Of a stretch of DNA of 64,000 nucleotides, positions 26,695 to 40,635 are shown in pieces. Position 1 is the stretch's first letter. The number at the start of each line of letters is the position of its first letter. The translations under genes and the position numbers were made by a program. Below the pieces are notes generated by a model. It worked only from the letters and a program-made list of their open reading frames with translations. It did no database searches and was not told where the DNA came from. The stretch is from positions 79,608,001 to 79,672,000 of the forward strand of contig OZ024742.1 in assembly GCA_964016885.1 (NCBI GenBank), written 5' to 3'. This DNA comes from Eledone cirrhosa (lineage: Eukaryota).

Positions 26695-27515
26695 TACAGA
26701 GTTGCTAAGTACATTGAGGAAGTTCTTTTGATAGCTCTAACTATTTCCTAACTTGTACTGATTATCAATTTTTTTCAGATAAATGGTCACAAATATTAGA
26801 TTAACTCAGCAAATGAAAAAACATAGTGTTCGTTGCCTTAAAGGCAAGGCATAGGGATTTAGAGATTGCTCGCTTCCCGGAAGTTGCACGGTCCTTTGTT
26901 GTTAAAGTTCGCAAACAACTAGAAGCCAATGGCAGGGATTCTACAACCGTAGCCTAACATAACATGCTTGCTACGTGTATAATACCATCAGAAATCCTAC
27001 ATTTGTACGAATGGTGCAGTAATTTATCGATAAGTTCCTTAGAAACGCAATTAGGGCCAATGCTAATGAGATCAACGATTTAAGACACACTATTGTGCAT
27101 AAAGACCTTTGATACAAGTCATATGTATTGCGGGAGACGAATTCAAGATAAAAGATAGCGCTCGTTGAACAAATTAAAGCACCAATAGCCTTGAATGTTT
27201 TGCTTGATGAGAAAAACTTTATCGGGAACAACATGTTAAACAATGGAATGACAGATGTTTATACAAAGACCAAAAAGACGTTACAACGGTCATGCCCACA
27301 AAAGGAAGTCAATCCACGCCCCCATAAAACTATAAAATCTCTGAAACCATAACCAGCACAATGTCCAAAAGAGATAAAAGTCATCTGATTCAGATATTTA
27401 AACGTGTCAGAACTGGTATTCAAATAGTCATCGATGCTATCAGCATATACTTTCAGGAATTACGCATTTTTAGTAAATCCATGGAAATGTCCTCAAAGAA
27501 ATTAAAAGCTCTGTA
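26695..27515 (+). mobile_element. Internally deleted Tc1/mariner transposon relic
   Basis: Translates ALKARHRDLEIARFPEVARSFVVKVRKQLEA...IVHKDL*YKSYVLR (HTH region) and HLIQIFKRVRTGIQIVIDA (C-terminus). Degenerate TIRs TA-cagag...ttgagga / tcctcaa...ctctg-TA. Confidence 0.75.
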
Positions 27516-27655
27516 AGTACCCTTATTTGATGGAAAAATAGTTTTACAGAATGCATATTCAAACGTTTATACGTACATCCATGCATGCATCCAACAACAT
27601 CATACATGACTCACACACGCACATATATATATATATACACACACTCACACTCTCT

Positions 27656-27687
<32 letters not shown>

Positions 27688-28478
27688 GAGAGAGAGAGGA
27701 TTGCGCATTAAATCATACATTAATTCAACTACTATGAGATAAATGTAACATAAACGCATGCTTGTATAGCAACAGAGAGAGCAAGAATGAAAGCCGTAAG
27801 ATAGAGATTGATATACAAATAAGAGGATGGGTAGTAAGTTTCGTCTTCACTTAAATGTAAGCATACACACACACACACACAGACACACACAAACACACAC
27901 ACACATACATACACACATACACACACACACACACAAAGACACAAACACACATAAACACACACGCACACACACTCACATACATACACACACAAGTATGTGC
28001 GTGTATGTTACCGGTATGTATGTGAGAGTATGCGTGCGCGTCTGCATTAGCATATATATTGCCACAACAACAAAAGTGTAATAATCTTGAAATATTTCAT
28101 ATCTGCCTTGAAATTGCCAAACCATTTTTGAGTTTTTGTGGAAGATTTGCCTCAGTTAAACAGTAATAACTTTTTCACAGTTTTATTATATCCATTGCAT
28201 CTATAAGACAACTTCACTTCACTTGTTTCTGAAATGTAATGTTTGACCGTGTCATAAATTGTAGGGGGTGATTCTTATAGATCAAAGAAATGTTAATTCT
28301 AGATGTTTGAAAAGAGGCGATTAATACATGGAAGATCTCGTTGAGGAGGGTTGAGTTTAAAAATATGTTAGAGGTGGAGTTGTGGAATTTGTGATATACA
28401 TAAGAGAGAGGAAATATAAAAAAATAAATAGTACGTCAGCGATGGAGAGTGTAGAAGGGAAATCTGTAAAAGATGTAT

Positions 28479-28529
<51 letters not shown>

Positions 28530-28637
28530 GTATATATATACACACACACACACACATAAATATAATATATATATACATGTATGTTTGTATATATATATGT
28601 ACACACACACACATATATATATGTATATTATATATAT

Positions 28638-28699
<62 letters not shown>

Positions 28700-29069
28700 G
28701 TATGTATGTACGTATGTACATACATACTTGCTATTCAAGAGTGTTAGTCTTAATGTAAAATTGCAGCACATGGCGAACGAATATCTGTATGGAAACCTCT
28801 CAAAAGTAATATGAGAGAATGTCAATTGTGTCTATCATTACATCTTGCACAGCAACTGGAAGGTGATTTAAATCTGATCCTGCGGGTTTCACTGCAGGCA
28901 GGAGAAATTATGGACGTCATATAACATAAAATAAGAATCTGGAGTGGATACTGACCCGGAATTTATCTAGCAATTGAAGATGACAATGATGGGCAGGGAA
29001 ATATATGAAATAAGGTTTCTCTACTCTAATCGCTATCGGAACCCGGTCCGAAACACACACACACACACA

Positions 29070-29117
<48 letters not shown>

Positions 29118-29440
29118 CGGACGTACGCGCGCTTAAAAACACAAACGCAAAAAAATCAAACACACACAATTGAATATATCTATCTAACTATCTATTTATT
29201 TCTCTCTCTCAATCTAGCTGTCGTCTGTTCTACAGTGTGGATGTCATTCACTTCGCACAGAAGTTTTGTTCAAATTTATTGAGGAAATTTTGTGAGTTCA
29301 AACTTAATTTTGATACAATTGTGTAGCTTGACCCTCCGTCTGAACTGTCAGGTGGTGGGTCAGCTCATCTTTACCCCTCCTAGAGGTGAAAAACCTGTTT
29401 TAAAAAATATTGTGTAAAAAATTTCAATCGTCTAACAGAA

Positions 29441-31339
29441 ATGTTAAACGCAGCGAACGAAAATAGTGATGGGGGGACAGCGGTATGAGTTGTAAGCTCG
29501 CACGCTTTAGTCCCCCCTTCCTTCCCAACTAACGTCATAGAAAAGGAAGGAAAAAGTAAAATAAAAACAGACGAATCTGCGGAGAAAAAAAATGACGAAA
29601 ACGCAAATCTGGACATGGATTCCAACAACGAAAAAAAAAAATTTGAAAAATTGCATAACAATACTAATAACACAAACAAAGACACAACAAACACAAAAAT
29701 AACATTTGAAAATAACACCATATCAGAAAGCAAAGCAGACGACAAGATTTCATTTGCACAGAAAACAAAGAAATCTTTGACTTATATATCGGAAAATATT
29801 TCAGATGTGGCACGAAAGATCACAGACGCCAAACAATACATAAGTGAAGGAGAGAATGGTACTTTATCGGTAAAAATGCCTCAAGAATTCACCAAAGACA
29901 TTGAAAGCCGAACGGTCAAGTTTCGGACCATCAACAACAGTACAAAAAAACCTGAACAGCCTTCTCAAGCAGATATCAAAACAATACTCACAGAAGTACT
30001 TAATGAAACCACTTTCATAAGAAAAGACAGACTGTATGGAAGCCTAGCAATTATCATGAAGAACGAATCGGCGGCAAAAAAATGTGCTTTGTCACCGATT
30101 CGTTCGAAAAATTTCACCTTTTATCCATCTTATATGGGTAATAGAACTCAACGCATATGGCTGGATGCAATGATGCCAGATGTGGACTACTGCTGGTTCA
30201 TAGCTGGCTTCATCGATCCAGTGAATGACAACGTGATTTCCATTGGGAAAACCACAGGCAATGCGTTCAGTGGAACAGGTATAGAGCTGGTAGTGCAAAT
30301 GAAGCCTGAACGCATCGCCCAAATACCCGACAGAATCCTATTAGAGGACCACGGGTATATAAACATTAGCGTGGAGGGGAGAAGGCCGTCCTGCCATATC
30401 TGTGCAGGCAGAGGGCACCTGAAGGCCGCTTGTCCCCAACTCAACAAAAAGAAAACCCTGCTACCAACACAAGCTCCACCACCACCACCACAACAGATAA
30501 ACAAACAACAAAACTCAGTCCCATCCAACCCGTCCCTCAGTAAAACCACACCACCACCACAACACAAACAGTCACAACACATTACCCCAAAACAAAATAC
30601 AGGCCCACCCAACCTCTCACTCAATAAAACAACACAACCACCGCAGACACAACACACAACACAGTCTAACATAGTGACATCCATCTCCCCCACAAAGAAA
30701 ACCAACACGGAAACATTACCAGCAAACATACCTCTTCCCTCCAACACTGAAGATAACCCAACGAATTCGGAGGAAGAAACGGAGTCCTTCAGACAGATTA
30801 AAAGGAAAAAAAGAAAACATGTGCAAAACACACAAGGCCAAACAATCCCCACCCAAATCTCAACACAATCCAACAAAACAGAAAACACCCCTCCAGCAGC
30901 AAACAAAACCAAACCTGCCCCTCCCCTCTTCGAAACACTCACACCATCGGAAAAAAAGACATTACACTATACTTACATCAACAGAAACATTAATAAATTA
31001 AATGAACTCATATACAATAATCCTTCGGTACAAACCGAAGGTGTAAACTTTGTTTCGTCAGAAAACTACCCACATTTAAAACTAATAAAGATCCCAATGA
31101 ACCTCTACCAAAAACTAAAAAAGGATTTTAAGGAGGACGTAGGACCACCCTCTGTCAAACCCATAAACCGCGTCCTACTAAAAAGCTTTCCCCCTCCCCT
31201 TCCCCTCCCCAACACAACTCCAAACACCCCAACCCCACCACACACTGACGACCCCACACCACCACAAGACACCCCTTCACCCAACACCTCCGACCCCATG
31301 GAAGTCGTGCAACCCGAACCCCGGGAAGCGGAAAGGTAG
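29441..31339 (+). CDS. ORF1 gag-like protein with a CCHC zinc knuckle and a Pro/Thr/Gln/Asn-rich C-terminal half. Open from 29615; an upstream in-frame ATG at 29441 is followed by TGA at 29486.
   Basis: CHICAGRGHLKAAC (CX2CX4HX4C); sits directly upstream of ORF2. Confidence 0.85.
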
Positions 31340-31372
31340 GTCTCTACACTCTCCTTTGGCTCTGCCGCCCAC

Positions 31373-34300
31373 ATGGATGTGTTAAGAGTAGGATGTTTGA
31401 ATGCACGTGGCCTGGGCTCAACTTGGAAGCAAGCAAAGCTTCTAAATGACCTCAGGTCATGTAGTATAAATGTAATGGTTATCTGTGAGACTCGAATCAG
31501 CGTCGTGCGGCAGCTGGCCCCCACCTTCGATGACTTTGAGGTGCATGCATCTCTCTGTCAACCTGGAGGTGGGGGTGGGGTTGTCGTACTGCTGCAAAAA
31601 CACCTGGGTCTTGCCGTACAGGTTGTGCACTCGGACCCGGAGGGTCGTTTGTTGGTGCTAGACGTTGGCAGTAGTGAAAGTGCGGCCTTGAGACTGGTCG
31701 CCGTCTACTCCCCTTTCGGAGCTGAACAGCCCGACTTCTTCCAGCGTTTGGAGACTTTTCTGGGAACGTCGCGTTCCCTGCTTCTAGCGGGGGATTGGAA
31801 TGACATCCTGGATGCACGTTGGGACTATGCAGGAGCATGTCCTAATAGAGGGGGGGGGGGTGTAACAGCCTCAAGGGGTTACTCGACCGTTTTAACTTGG
31901 TCGATAGATATCGACTAGATTTTCCAACTGTGCCTACCTGGACTTGGAGAAACCACAGTGGTCAATCTAGATCGTACTTAGATAGATTCTTAGTTAGAAG
32001 TAAGGATAGGGACATATTAAGCTGTCCAGAAATGCGCACGGTTGGCTACACGGATCACAAATTAGTGACCTGCGTGGTCAATCTCGAGAAAATACATAGA
32101 CAGGGTCCCGGTTACTGGAAACTTAATTTGTCTTTACCGGCAAAAGAGACTTACAGAAACCGGATTAGCAGATTAGTTAAGGAGAGGTTGACGGGTGCAA
32201 TCGTCAACAACCGATGGTGGGCATCTCTCAAAAGAGAGATTAGAACAGAATCAATAAGTTATAGCAAGATGTTAGCTGCCGATAGGAATAGAAACGAGAA
32301 AGAATTAACAGGTAAATTAGAAGAGGCAATCAAGAGCGAAGATGTGGCCAGAGTGCTGGCATCGAGGACGGCCTTGAACCAGTTTTTCGATGCAAAGCAC
32401 GAAGGCTGCGTCATTCGAAGTAAAATACGTGCTCTAGGTAATGAGGGGGCCAAAGCCGTTGGATGGGCCCGCGTGACAGAAGCTAAGAGTGGAAATCGAT
32501 CCACCATCCGGTCGTTGCAAGACGAAGATGGACGGGTGATCCGGGAGCCTAAGCAGATGTGCGAGGCCTTTCAAAGGCACTTTGCCCGATTGTTCGGGGG
32601 AGGCGAGGGTCTGGGCGGGGGCGTGGATTTCGGTCCATACCTCGACGGCCTGCCGCGTCTCTCGAACGAAGAGGCAGAGTCCTGCGAGGGACCAATCTCG
32701 GCTGATGAGATCGGAGATGCGCTGAGCCAATGCAGCAGACGCAAATCTCCAGGTCTCGATGGTATACCTTACGAACTTTATTTAGCAATGCCGGTCTTCT
32801 TCTCCGAACTCCTCGAAGCGGTCTACTGCAATTGGCAGCAGAACGAGAGAATTCCTTGTTCTGTAGCCAAGGGCGTAGTCACGCTGGTGAGGAAGGACGA
32901 GAACAAGGGGGATAGTATAAATAATTTTCGGCCCATAACCCTGCTAAACACAGAGTTAAAGATTTTGGCCAAGGTGTTAGCAAAGAGGTTGGCGCTTGTC
33001 GTGGGTGGCCTGGTGGGAGATGCGCAGACATGTGCTATCCCATCCAGGTCCATTCACGATAACCTCCACCTCATGCGATACATCATAGAGAGGGTTGGCA
33101 ACAAACCCGGCTTCGGTGGGGCCCTGATCAACTTGGATCAGTCTAAGGCCTTCGATAGGGTCGACCATGGTTACCTGGATGCGGTGCTAGCGGCGGCTGG
33201 GTTCGGTCCTGTTTTCAGAGGCTGGATCACTGCCCTACATAGCAACCACATCTGTTCTAGGATCAAGGTGAACGGCTACCTTTCGAAGCCGTTCGAAATC
33301 ACACGATCCATTCGACAGGGGTGCCCTCTCTCCTCCCTTCTGTACGTATTGACTCTCGAGCCTTTACTGAGGAAGTTGGAGTTGTTGCAGGGTATCCCAC
33401 TGGAACCAGGATTGAGCAAAGCGGTGTCGGCCTACGCCGATGACGTAACAGTAATGGTATCAACCGACTCGGAGATCGAGGCGATCGGTACCTTACTGGA
33501 GGAGTACGAAAGGTTGTCAGGAGCGAAACTGAACCGGGAAAAATCCATCGGGCTGCAACTCGGAACGTGGAGAGGCAGACTGATGCCTCCTGACGGTGTC
33601 GTCGGACACTGGACGGAGGGCCCGGTAAAGTTGCTTGGGGTCTGGTTTGGACCGGACCTCCAGGTGGAAAAGAACTGGAACGAGGTTACGAACAAGGTGT
33701 TTGCACTAACCCAGAAATGGGCCAAGTGTAAGCTGTCCCTAAAAGGCCGGGCGGAGGTGGCGAACATTTACATAGCGTCCGTCACTTACTACCGCCTGAC
33801 TGTCGTGCCTTGCCCTAAGGAAACACTCACCACCATGGAACGCATGCTCTTCCAATTTCTTTGGAAGAAGCGCCCTCCTATGGTGAGAAGATCCATCTGC
33901 TGCAAACAACCTTCGAAAGGAGGGCTGGGGATGCCGTGGTTGATGATGCGTAGGCACGCATTAAGGCTACGGCACCTACAGGTATTCCTCACTGGTCAAC
34001 CGGTGTGGGCTCCGTTCGTGAAACGAGCCTTTCCGAGACTCGTCTCGCTCACCGAGCTACAGTCCTGGGTCAAGCAAAGATCCGGAAAACTGGGAGACTG
34101 GCACACTGAGTGTGCTTAGGCGCTCAGGGCTCTCTGGCAAGCGGGCCAGGCCATCGGTGGAGAATCCACCTCATCATTCTATAGAGGGCTGGTGGCTAGC
34201 AGGGGCGATGACACCCTTGGAGAGTCGCTGGACATGGAAGAAGACGAACTGGCCAGCCTGTTCGGTAGGACTTTCGGCCCAGGACCAATGGACAACTTCC

Positions 34301-34815
34301 AGAAGTCACTGGCCTGGCAGTGCTACCGGGGGGCTCTACCCGTTCGAGAGAGGCTCTACAGACACGGGCGCCCGGGCAGGGATCCCTCAAAAAAGATTTG
34401 CCCTAGATGCGTGCGTTACGAAGAAACCGTTGCGCACGCATTGGTGCAATGTCCGGGCGTGGCTGATCTGTGGGGCTACGCCGAACGACTGCTGTCGCGG
34501 GTGGCGCCGATTAAATTGACCGCCGAGTCCGTGATGACAATCAAACCGCCTCCCCTCTTCACAAAGGAAGCAAAGGCGGTTTTTCTGTGCGTAATAGCCA
34601 TGTTGAAAGAGGTTGTTTGGTGGACACGATTGAAAGGTCTGAGGTCAGGCAACTTCCTCTCTGGCTATAGTCTGGTCTACTTCTTCCGATATCACATCGG
34701 AAGAAGGATAAGAATGGAGAGAGAGGTGCTTGGCCACAGGCAGTTTTATGAAAGGTGGGTGATAGTAGCGAGAATGGCTCGTGTAAATGGGCCTTCTCTG
34801 TATACCATCCTGTAG
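31373..34815 (+). pseudogene. ORF2: APE endonuclease, reverse transcriptase and C-terminal zinc-binding domain; one frameshift (G-run ~31850-31861) and one in-frame TAG (34117-34119)
   Basis: LNARGL, ICET, LAGDWN, SYLDRF, TDHK (APE); NFRPITLLN, DQSKAFDRV, RQGCPLS, AYADD (RT); CPRC...ETVAHALVQC. Confidence 0.95.
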
Positions 34816-35040
34816 GTAAAGAAGTAAAGGAGAGGGAAGCACCTTCTACATGTGCTCCCCGGGCAAAGGATTGCACACTTTTTCGGGGGTGTGTGCAACC
34901 CCCATCACGTCCCCTCCCTTTTGAGGTTATTTTCGATTATTTTCATGTTACACCCTTTTTACTCGATTATATGTAAACTCCCCCTTTGTATTTGTCCCTT
35001 CTTTTTATGCCTTTATGGTAAATAAAGAAATCTATCTATT

Positions 35041-35128
<88 letters not shown>

Positions 35129-36714
35129 GCGTGTGTATATATATAATGCGTGTATGTGTATGTGCCTGTCAGTATAAATGTGGCTGTATATGTGCACGAA
35201 TCACAATAATGTTTGTTTCTATTGTTATGGTTGTTTAACTGTTTTAATTTCCCTCTCTATTAGTGGCCATAGCAGAATCAGAATGGTATCCGTTAAATGG
35301 TGTCAGTTGTTGCCTCTCTGCTTATCCTTAACATCGTACACCCCATGTAGTAGAGTCAATTCTGCAGCAAGCCTGCGGTTTTAGAATATAGTTATTCCTC
35401 TATTCGACCAGAGTTGGAGCCCTGAAAATAGTTCAGAGGCATTTATCGATTTTTCATAGGGGAAGAAACAACTGTAACTCTTATGTATTTATTTATGATA
35501 TATATAAATAAAAATAGCTCTTAAATTTCAAGTGACATTATATGGATGATATTTTAAACCTGTTGTAAGTAAATACGATCTGGTTCATATTTCTAGCATG
35601 ATAGACTTAAGTACTGTGCATAAATATTATGTGAAATGTCTGTAATAGTATTTGAAGAAAGATATGTCAAATGAAATCATAATGCCGTATACTTTTGTCT
35701 ATTTTGTTTCCATATATATGTACGTGTATATGTATGAAGACCAGCACGTTTGTTCCTGTGTATTTGAGTATGTTTGTACGTGTAGGCGTCTATTTGATTG
35801 GATTTTAATATGTTTATCTTATTAAATCTTATTTTTCAAATAAATTATGAATGCTGTAAAGATCTTGAAGAAATATTTCTGATCGATATCTCAATATATC
35901 TTTCATTGTTATTACATATCAATTTATCACACAAATATGGTAATGTGTTGATGTTATTATATTTGCTTTGATTCTTCACATATTCAAAACATATGCACAT
36001 ATATGGTACCTCCTCACACAATCATATATGTACATATATATTTGGAGGTGCCGTTAAATTCTATACTACAACACGATTCATATACTAACATACATACATA
36101 CATACACAATCGCACCCCCCCCCCCCCCCCACATATATATATATACATATATATACATACACAATACCACCTCCATATATATGTATGTGAGTATGTTTGT
36201 GTGTACGTACATATGGATACTTGATCTCAACACTTACACTGATGTTTAAATTACAGTTATTCTATGGCCATAAGTCAACTGTGTTTGAGCAGATATTTGA
36301 TCAAATGTATTCAATGATTAAAGGTCACGAATTATGTTTGAGTCACACTGTCTTTAGAATATTCTTTAAATATTCAATGTTACTTTTTTTAAGCAGTATA
36401 GAGATTTTCTCACTGTCGAGGGAAATCAGGATTTCCTGTCTTGATTCTCTTAAAACACATCAAATACATTATTGAATACGTGAAGGTTTGTACCAATAAA
36501 TGATGGACTAAGTTAAGACCAAATACAAAGTGCTGTAAATGTTGTATTGTTCTTTCCTTTGGATTTCCCTTTCATTAAGTCAGACATCGATAAATTTCAT
36601 AGAAACTCGTAATAAATGTTGAGTCTGAAAATAAACTAGCAGTAAACACTCACAACAAGCATATATGAAGGTATGTGTGAGTGTACTACATAGATATATA
36701 TGTATGTATGTATG

Positions 36715-36855
<141 letters not shown>

Positions 36856-37332
36856 AGTAAATTATTATTTTGGTAAGGAGCGTCAAGCTCGATGCGTTAT
36901 TAAAACCGACAGCATACAGGAAATCAAGTCAAAGGTGTCCCCCGAGGGATTGCGACACTGCTAGATGAACAGAGTGAAAGTCGCAGAGAATAAATATTAA
37001 TTGATTAATTGATTGATTTAGTATACTGGCGCTACATTTATCTTCATAGAAAAAATTGTTGAAATTAAAAATGGAATTCGAATAACAACCTTGGTTTTTT
37101 TTTGTATTAAATATATACACACATATATATATATGTTGGGTTTTCTGTATATGACATATATATATATACACTTGATACATAGTAATTGGAACACTTGATA
37201 GAGAGTAATTGCGTATATCTGGTTCTATATTTGCGCATTATTAGTACTTGTTACATATACATACACACATAGACACACGCACATTCACTCACAAACGTAC
37301 AGTCACATGTATTGGCACACACACGCACAGCA

Positions 37333-37374
<42 letters not shown>

Positions 37375-37562
37375 GTGTGTGTGTGTATCTAATAATGCAC
37401 AAATATATAACCAGATATACGCTATTACTATCTACTAAGTATTCCAGCCGACAGACGTAGGCCATGCTAATGTTTGCCATTCAATAGAAATAAATCAAAT
37501 GTTATAACAACTCTAATAACTCAGTCAAGTGATTGACTGAATTATATTTATAATGTTTAAAT

Positions 37563-37750
37563 AACTATTTCTACTTTTTGGCACAAGGTCAGCAATTACT
37601 CGGTGCATTATAGGTACTTTATTTTAACGACCCGTAAGGATGACACGCAAAGTTAACCTCGGCGAGATTCGAACTCAGAATTGCAAGGGCCGTAACTCTA
37701 TGCGTCAAAGCATAGCGTCCAACCCTCTACCGATAGTGCCAATCCACCGC
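37563..37750 (-). mobile_element. tRNA-derived Nin-domain SINE
   Basis: Homologous to 11372-11562. Confidence 0.85.
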
Positions 37751-37763
37751 ATACACACCGCAT

Positions 37764-37866
<103 letters not shown>

Positions 37867-37996
37867 GTTTACATTATACGTTAAAATAATGTATAGACAG
37901 AAATATTATTTGTACATATATTCACACACACACACATATATATATATATGTATATAATAGTCAGGCATATTTGTCTATTTGCTCTACACACTTATA

Positions 37997-38027
<31 letters not shown>

Positions 38028-38410
38028 CATATAACAAAGAGGGTGTGGTAAGATACCAGGTGGACCATCACGCACTTGAGTACTCAATACTTAGGGTAGT
38101 AGAGTCGGTAACAGGAAAAGAGTCAGGACCCCGACGGCTGAGCTCCTGCCGTTTCGACAGCTAGATGCAAATAATTCCGGACCTAGCTGTCGCCGAGGCT
38201 CAGCCGTCGGGGTCTTGACACTTTTCCTATACATACACACACACACACACACATATATATATGCATTTGTATATATGTATATGTATATATATATATGTAT
38301 ATATATACACACACACACATATATATATATATATAATATATGTTTATATATATATATATATATATAATATATGTTTATATATATATATATATACATATAT
38401 ACATATATAC

Positions 38411-38507
<97 letters not shown>

Positions 38508-38580
38508 TAAAACAGCACGACGTGCTGTGACCAGCGGCGCCGATTGGCGCCCGACACACGGTTCAGTCAAGGTCATCAAG

Positions 38581-38657
<77 letters not shown>

Positions 38658-38739
38658 ATAATTGTTTCTACTATTGGTACAAGACCACCATTTATCCCAG
38701 TGTATTATGGTACTTTATTTTATCGACCCAGTAATTATA

Positions 38740-38960
38740 ATAAATGTGAAGACTAAAATCCAAAGAGGGCTCGATAAGAATAAATATATATCAAATATAT
38801 AAGAACCCTACAATAAATATTTATCAAAATAACAGATTAAAGTTTAAGCAAAGAATCGCTCCTATCACACTTAACGGGATCTTCTGAAACAGTTTCAGAA
38901 GATCCCTTTAAGGATGAAAGGAGCGATTTTTTGCTTAAACTTTAATCTGTTATTTTAATA
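38740..38960. repeat. Fold-back of the PLE-1 family terminus, turning at the HHR-like motif
   Basis: ...gggatcttctgaaac|a|gtttcagaagatccc...; ~38826-38890 vs ~38892-38956 inverted. Confidence 0.85.
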
Positions 38961-39076
38961 TATATATCTAAAATTAAAATTAAGGGTTGTCTTGTGTGCT
39001 TACATTTTTTACAAATTATTCCCTGTGATTGTTTCATATGTTTATTTTATATATATATATGTAATCTATTTCTAGT

Positions 39077-39114
<38 letters not shown>

Positions 39115-39267
39115 AAAAAAGATGAAATCGATAATGTAACTGGAGTCTCTTTTTAACATATATATATTTATTTGGTTCCTTCGCCGATTTCGCAACTCGT
39201 GCAGGACATCTCGTTTTTTTTTCATTTTGTAAAAAATACCTCACTTTCTAATATATATATATATATT

Positions 39268-39318
<51 letters not shown>

Positions 39319-39399
39319 TCATATATTTATATATATGCATATATAAATTAGATTCAACCCTACCATCGTTAGACCATTATACAATATATAATATTTTCG

Positions 39400-40030
39400 A
39401 TTTAGTTACCAAACCAGATGAAGTTAGCGAGATAATTCGAATTTTTCACATTTTTATTCATTAATGGATGTAAGTGAATAATATCTTACAAGAGTCAATT
39501 ATAGAACCAATGTAATAATCAATAATATTAAGAATAGTCGCTGACCTCTTATATACGTATTGTCTCTAAATCAGTTACCATTAAGTGGCTCTGTCTTAAG
39601 GACTCAAGAATACACTCAGAATTACATTATTCGTATTGGTAGATAAGGTAGATCCATTACACTGGTGGGTATAATTATGATGATTCGAATATATTCAGCA
39701 TATCCATCAGATTTACAGCATTAATATCATTGACAAAAATGTTTGATGGGTATGTTGGGATATTTATGTTTATCAATGTATATATACATTTTTCTGAGTT
39801 TTATTGAAAGCTATATATTCAGCTCAGTTGGGTATTGAAAAATATTCTCGATAATTGTATTTATTAGCCTGTGATATTTATGGTTTGTAGGAGGACTTTT
39901 ATCAATGATACAAAAATATAACTTCGATATATCAGATCCTACCTGGACTTCTTATGGTAGGTTATACGAAATATATATTCTTCTCTGAATTTTATGATTA
40001 ACATATGTTCTATGAAGCCCAATTCGAACT
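39400..40030 (-). pseudogene. Decayed PLE linker/GIY-YIG remnant
   Basis: Minus strand reads YNLP*EVQVGSDISKLYF..IDKSPPTNHKYHRLIN, matching [37 protein letters not shown] of PLE-2. Confidence 0.6.
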
Positions 40031-40580
40031 TAACAAGTAATATACTTTAAGGAGGATAATTTGAATCTATGATAATCTTCAACTGATGATAACTTTACAC
40101 TTTATCTTATTTATAAAAACGCGCGTAAGACAACAAAAGATATTCTAAATTCTGCCTAAAGCTTTGGATCTTTGCATTTCATTTTTACAGTGTCAATAAA
40201 ATAAAGTAGCTTTAACACACTAGGATCAATGTAGTCGATTTCCACCGCCTACACAACACAAAAATAAATTTTATATATATATTTATAATTCATTTAGGTC
40301 ACCAGCGGAGTGAGGGGCCCCTAGTCTTCATTAAGCCACATCTCTTGAAGGTCACTCAGATATAAAACCAGTAATGTCGTTCGAGTGGATAGATGCATTT
40401 GATGTTCAGATAGTGGAATTGGCTTCGATCAAACCCTTTTCTCACTTGATATGACATCTTTTGCGATGCAATGTATGGCATGGCAGACCGTAGGCAAGTC
40501 CCTAGCAGGACTAAATAACCACGTCGGTGCTGCACTTGCTTCAATATTACGCGATAGCATTACTCGAAATCAAGTTGCGT

Positions 40581-40635
<55 letters not shown>

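Larger units (their letters stand above)
29211..35031 (+). mobile_element. Full-length Tx1/L1-clade non-LTR retrotransposon (~5.8 kb) with a 23-bp target-site duplication
   Basis: TSD ctatctatttatttctctctctc at 29188-29210 and 35032-35054; ORF1 plus APE-RT ORF2; AATAAA near the 3' end. Confidence 0.95.

Noticed and set aside
30187-30942. 251-aa Cys/Gly/Val-rich antisense ORF
   Set aside because: Shadow of the C/A-rich low-complexity part of LINE ORF1.
36238-36625. Possible minus-strand exon (ttttcag acceptor, gtaagt donor); a similar acceptor lies near 28230
   Set aside because: No convincing open frame; such splice-like motifs are common by chance in AT-rich DNA.
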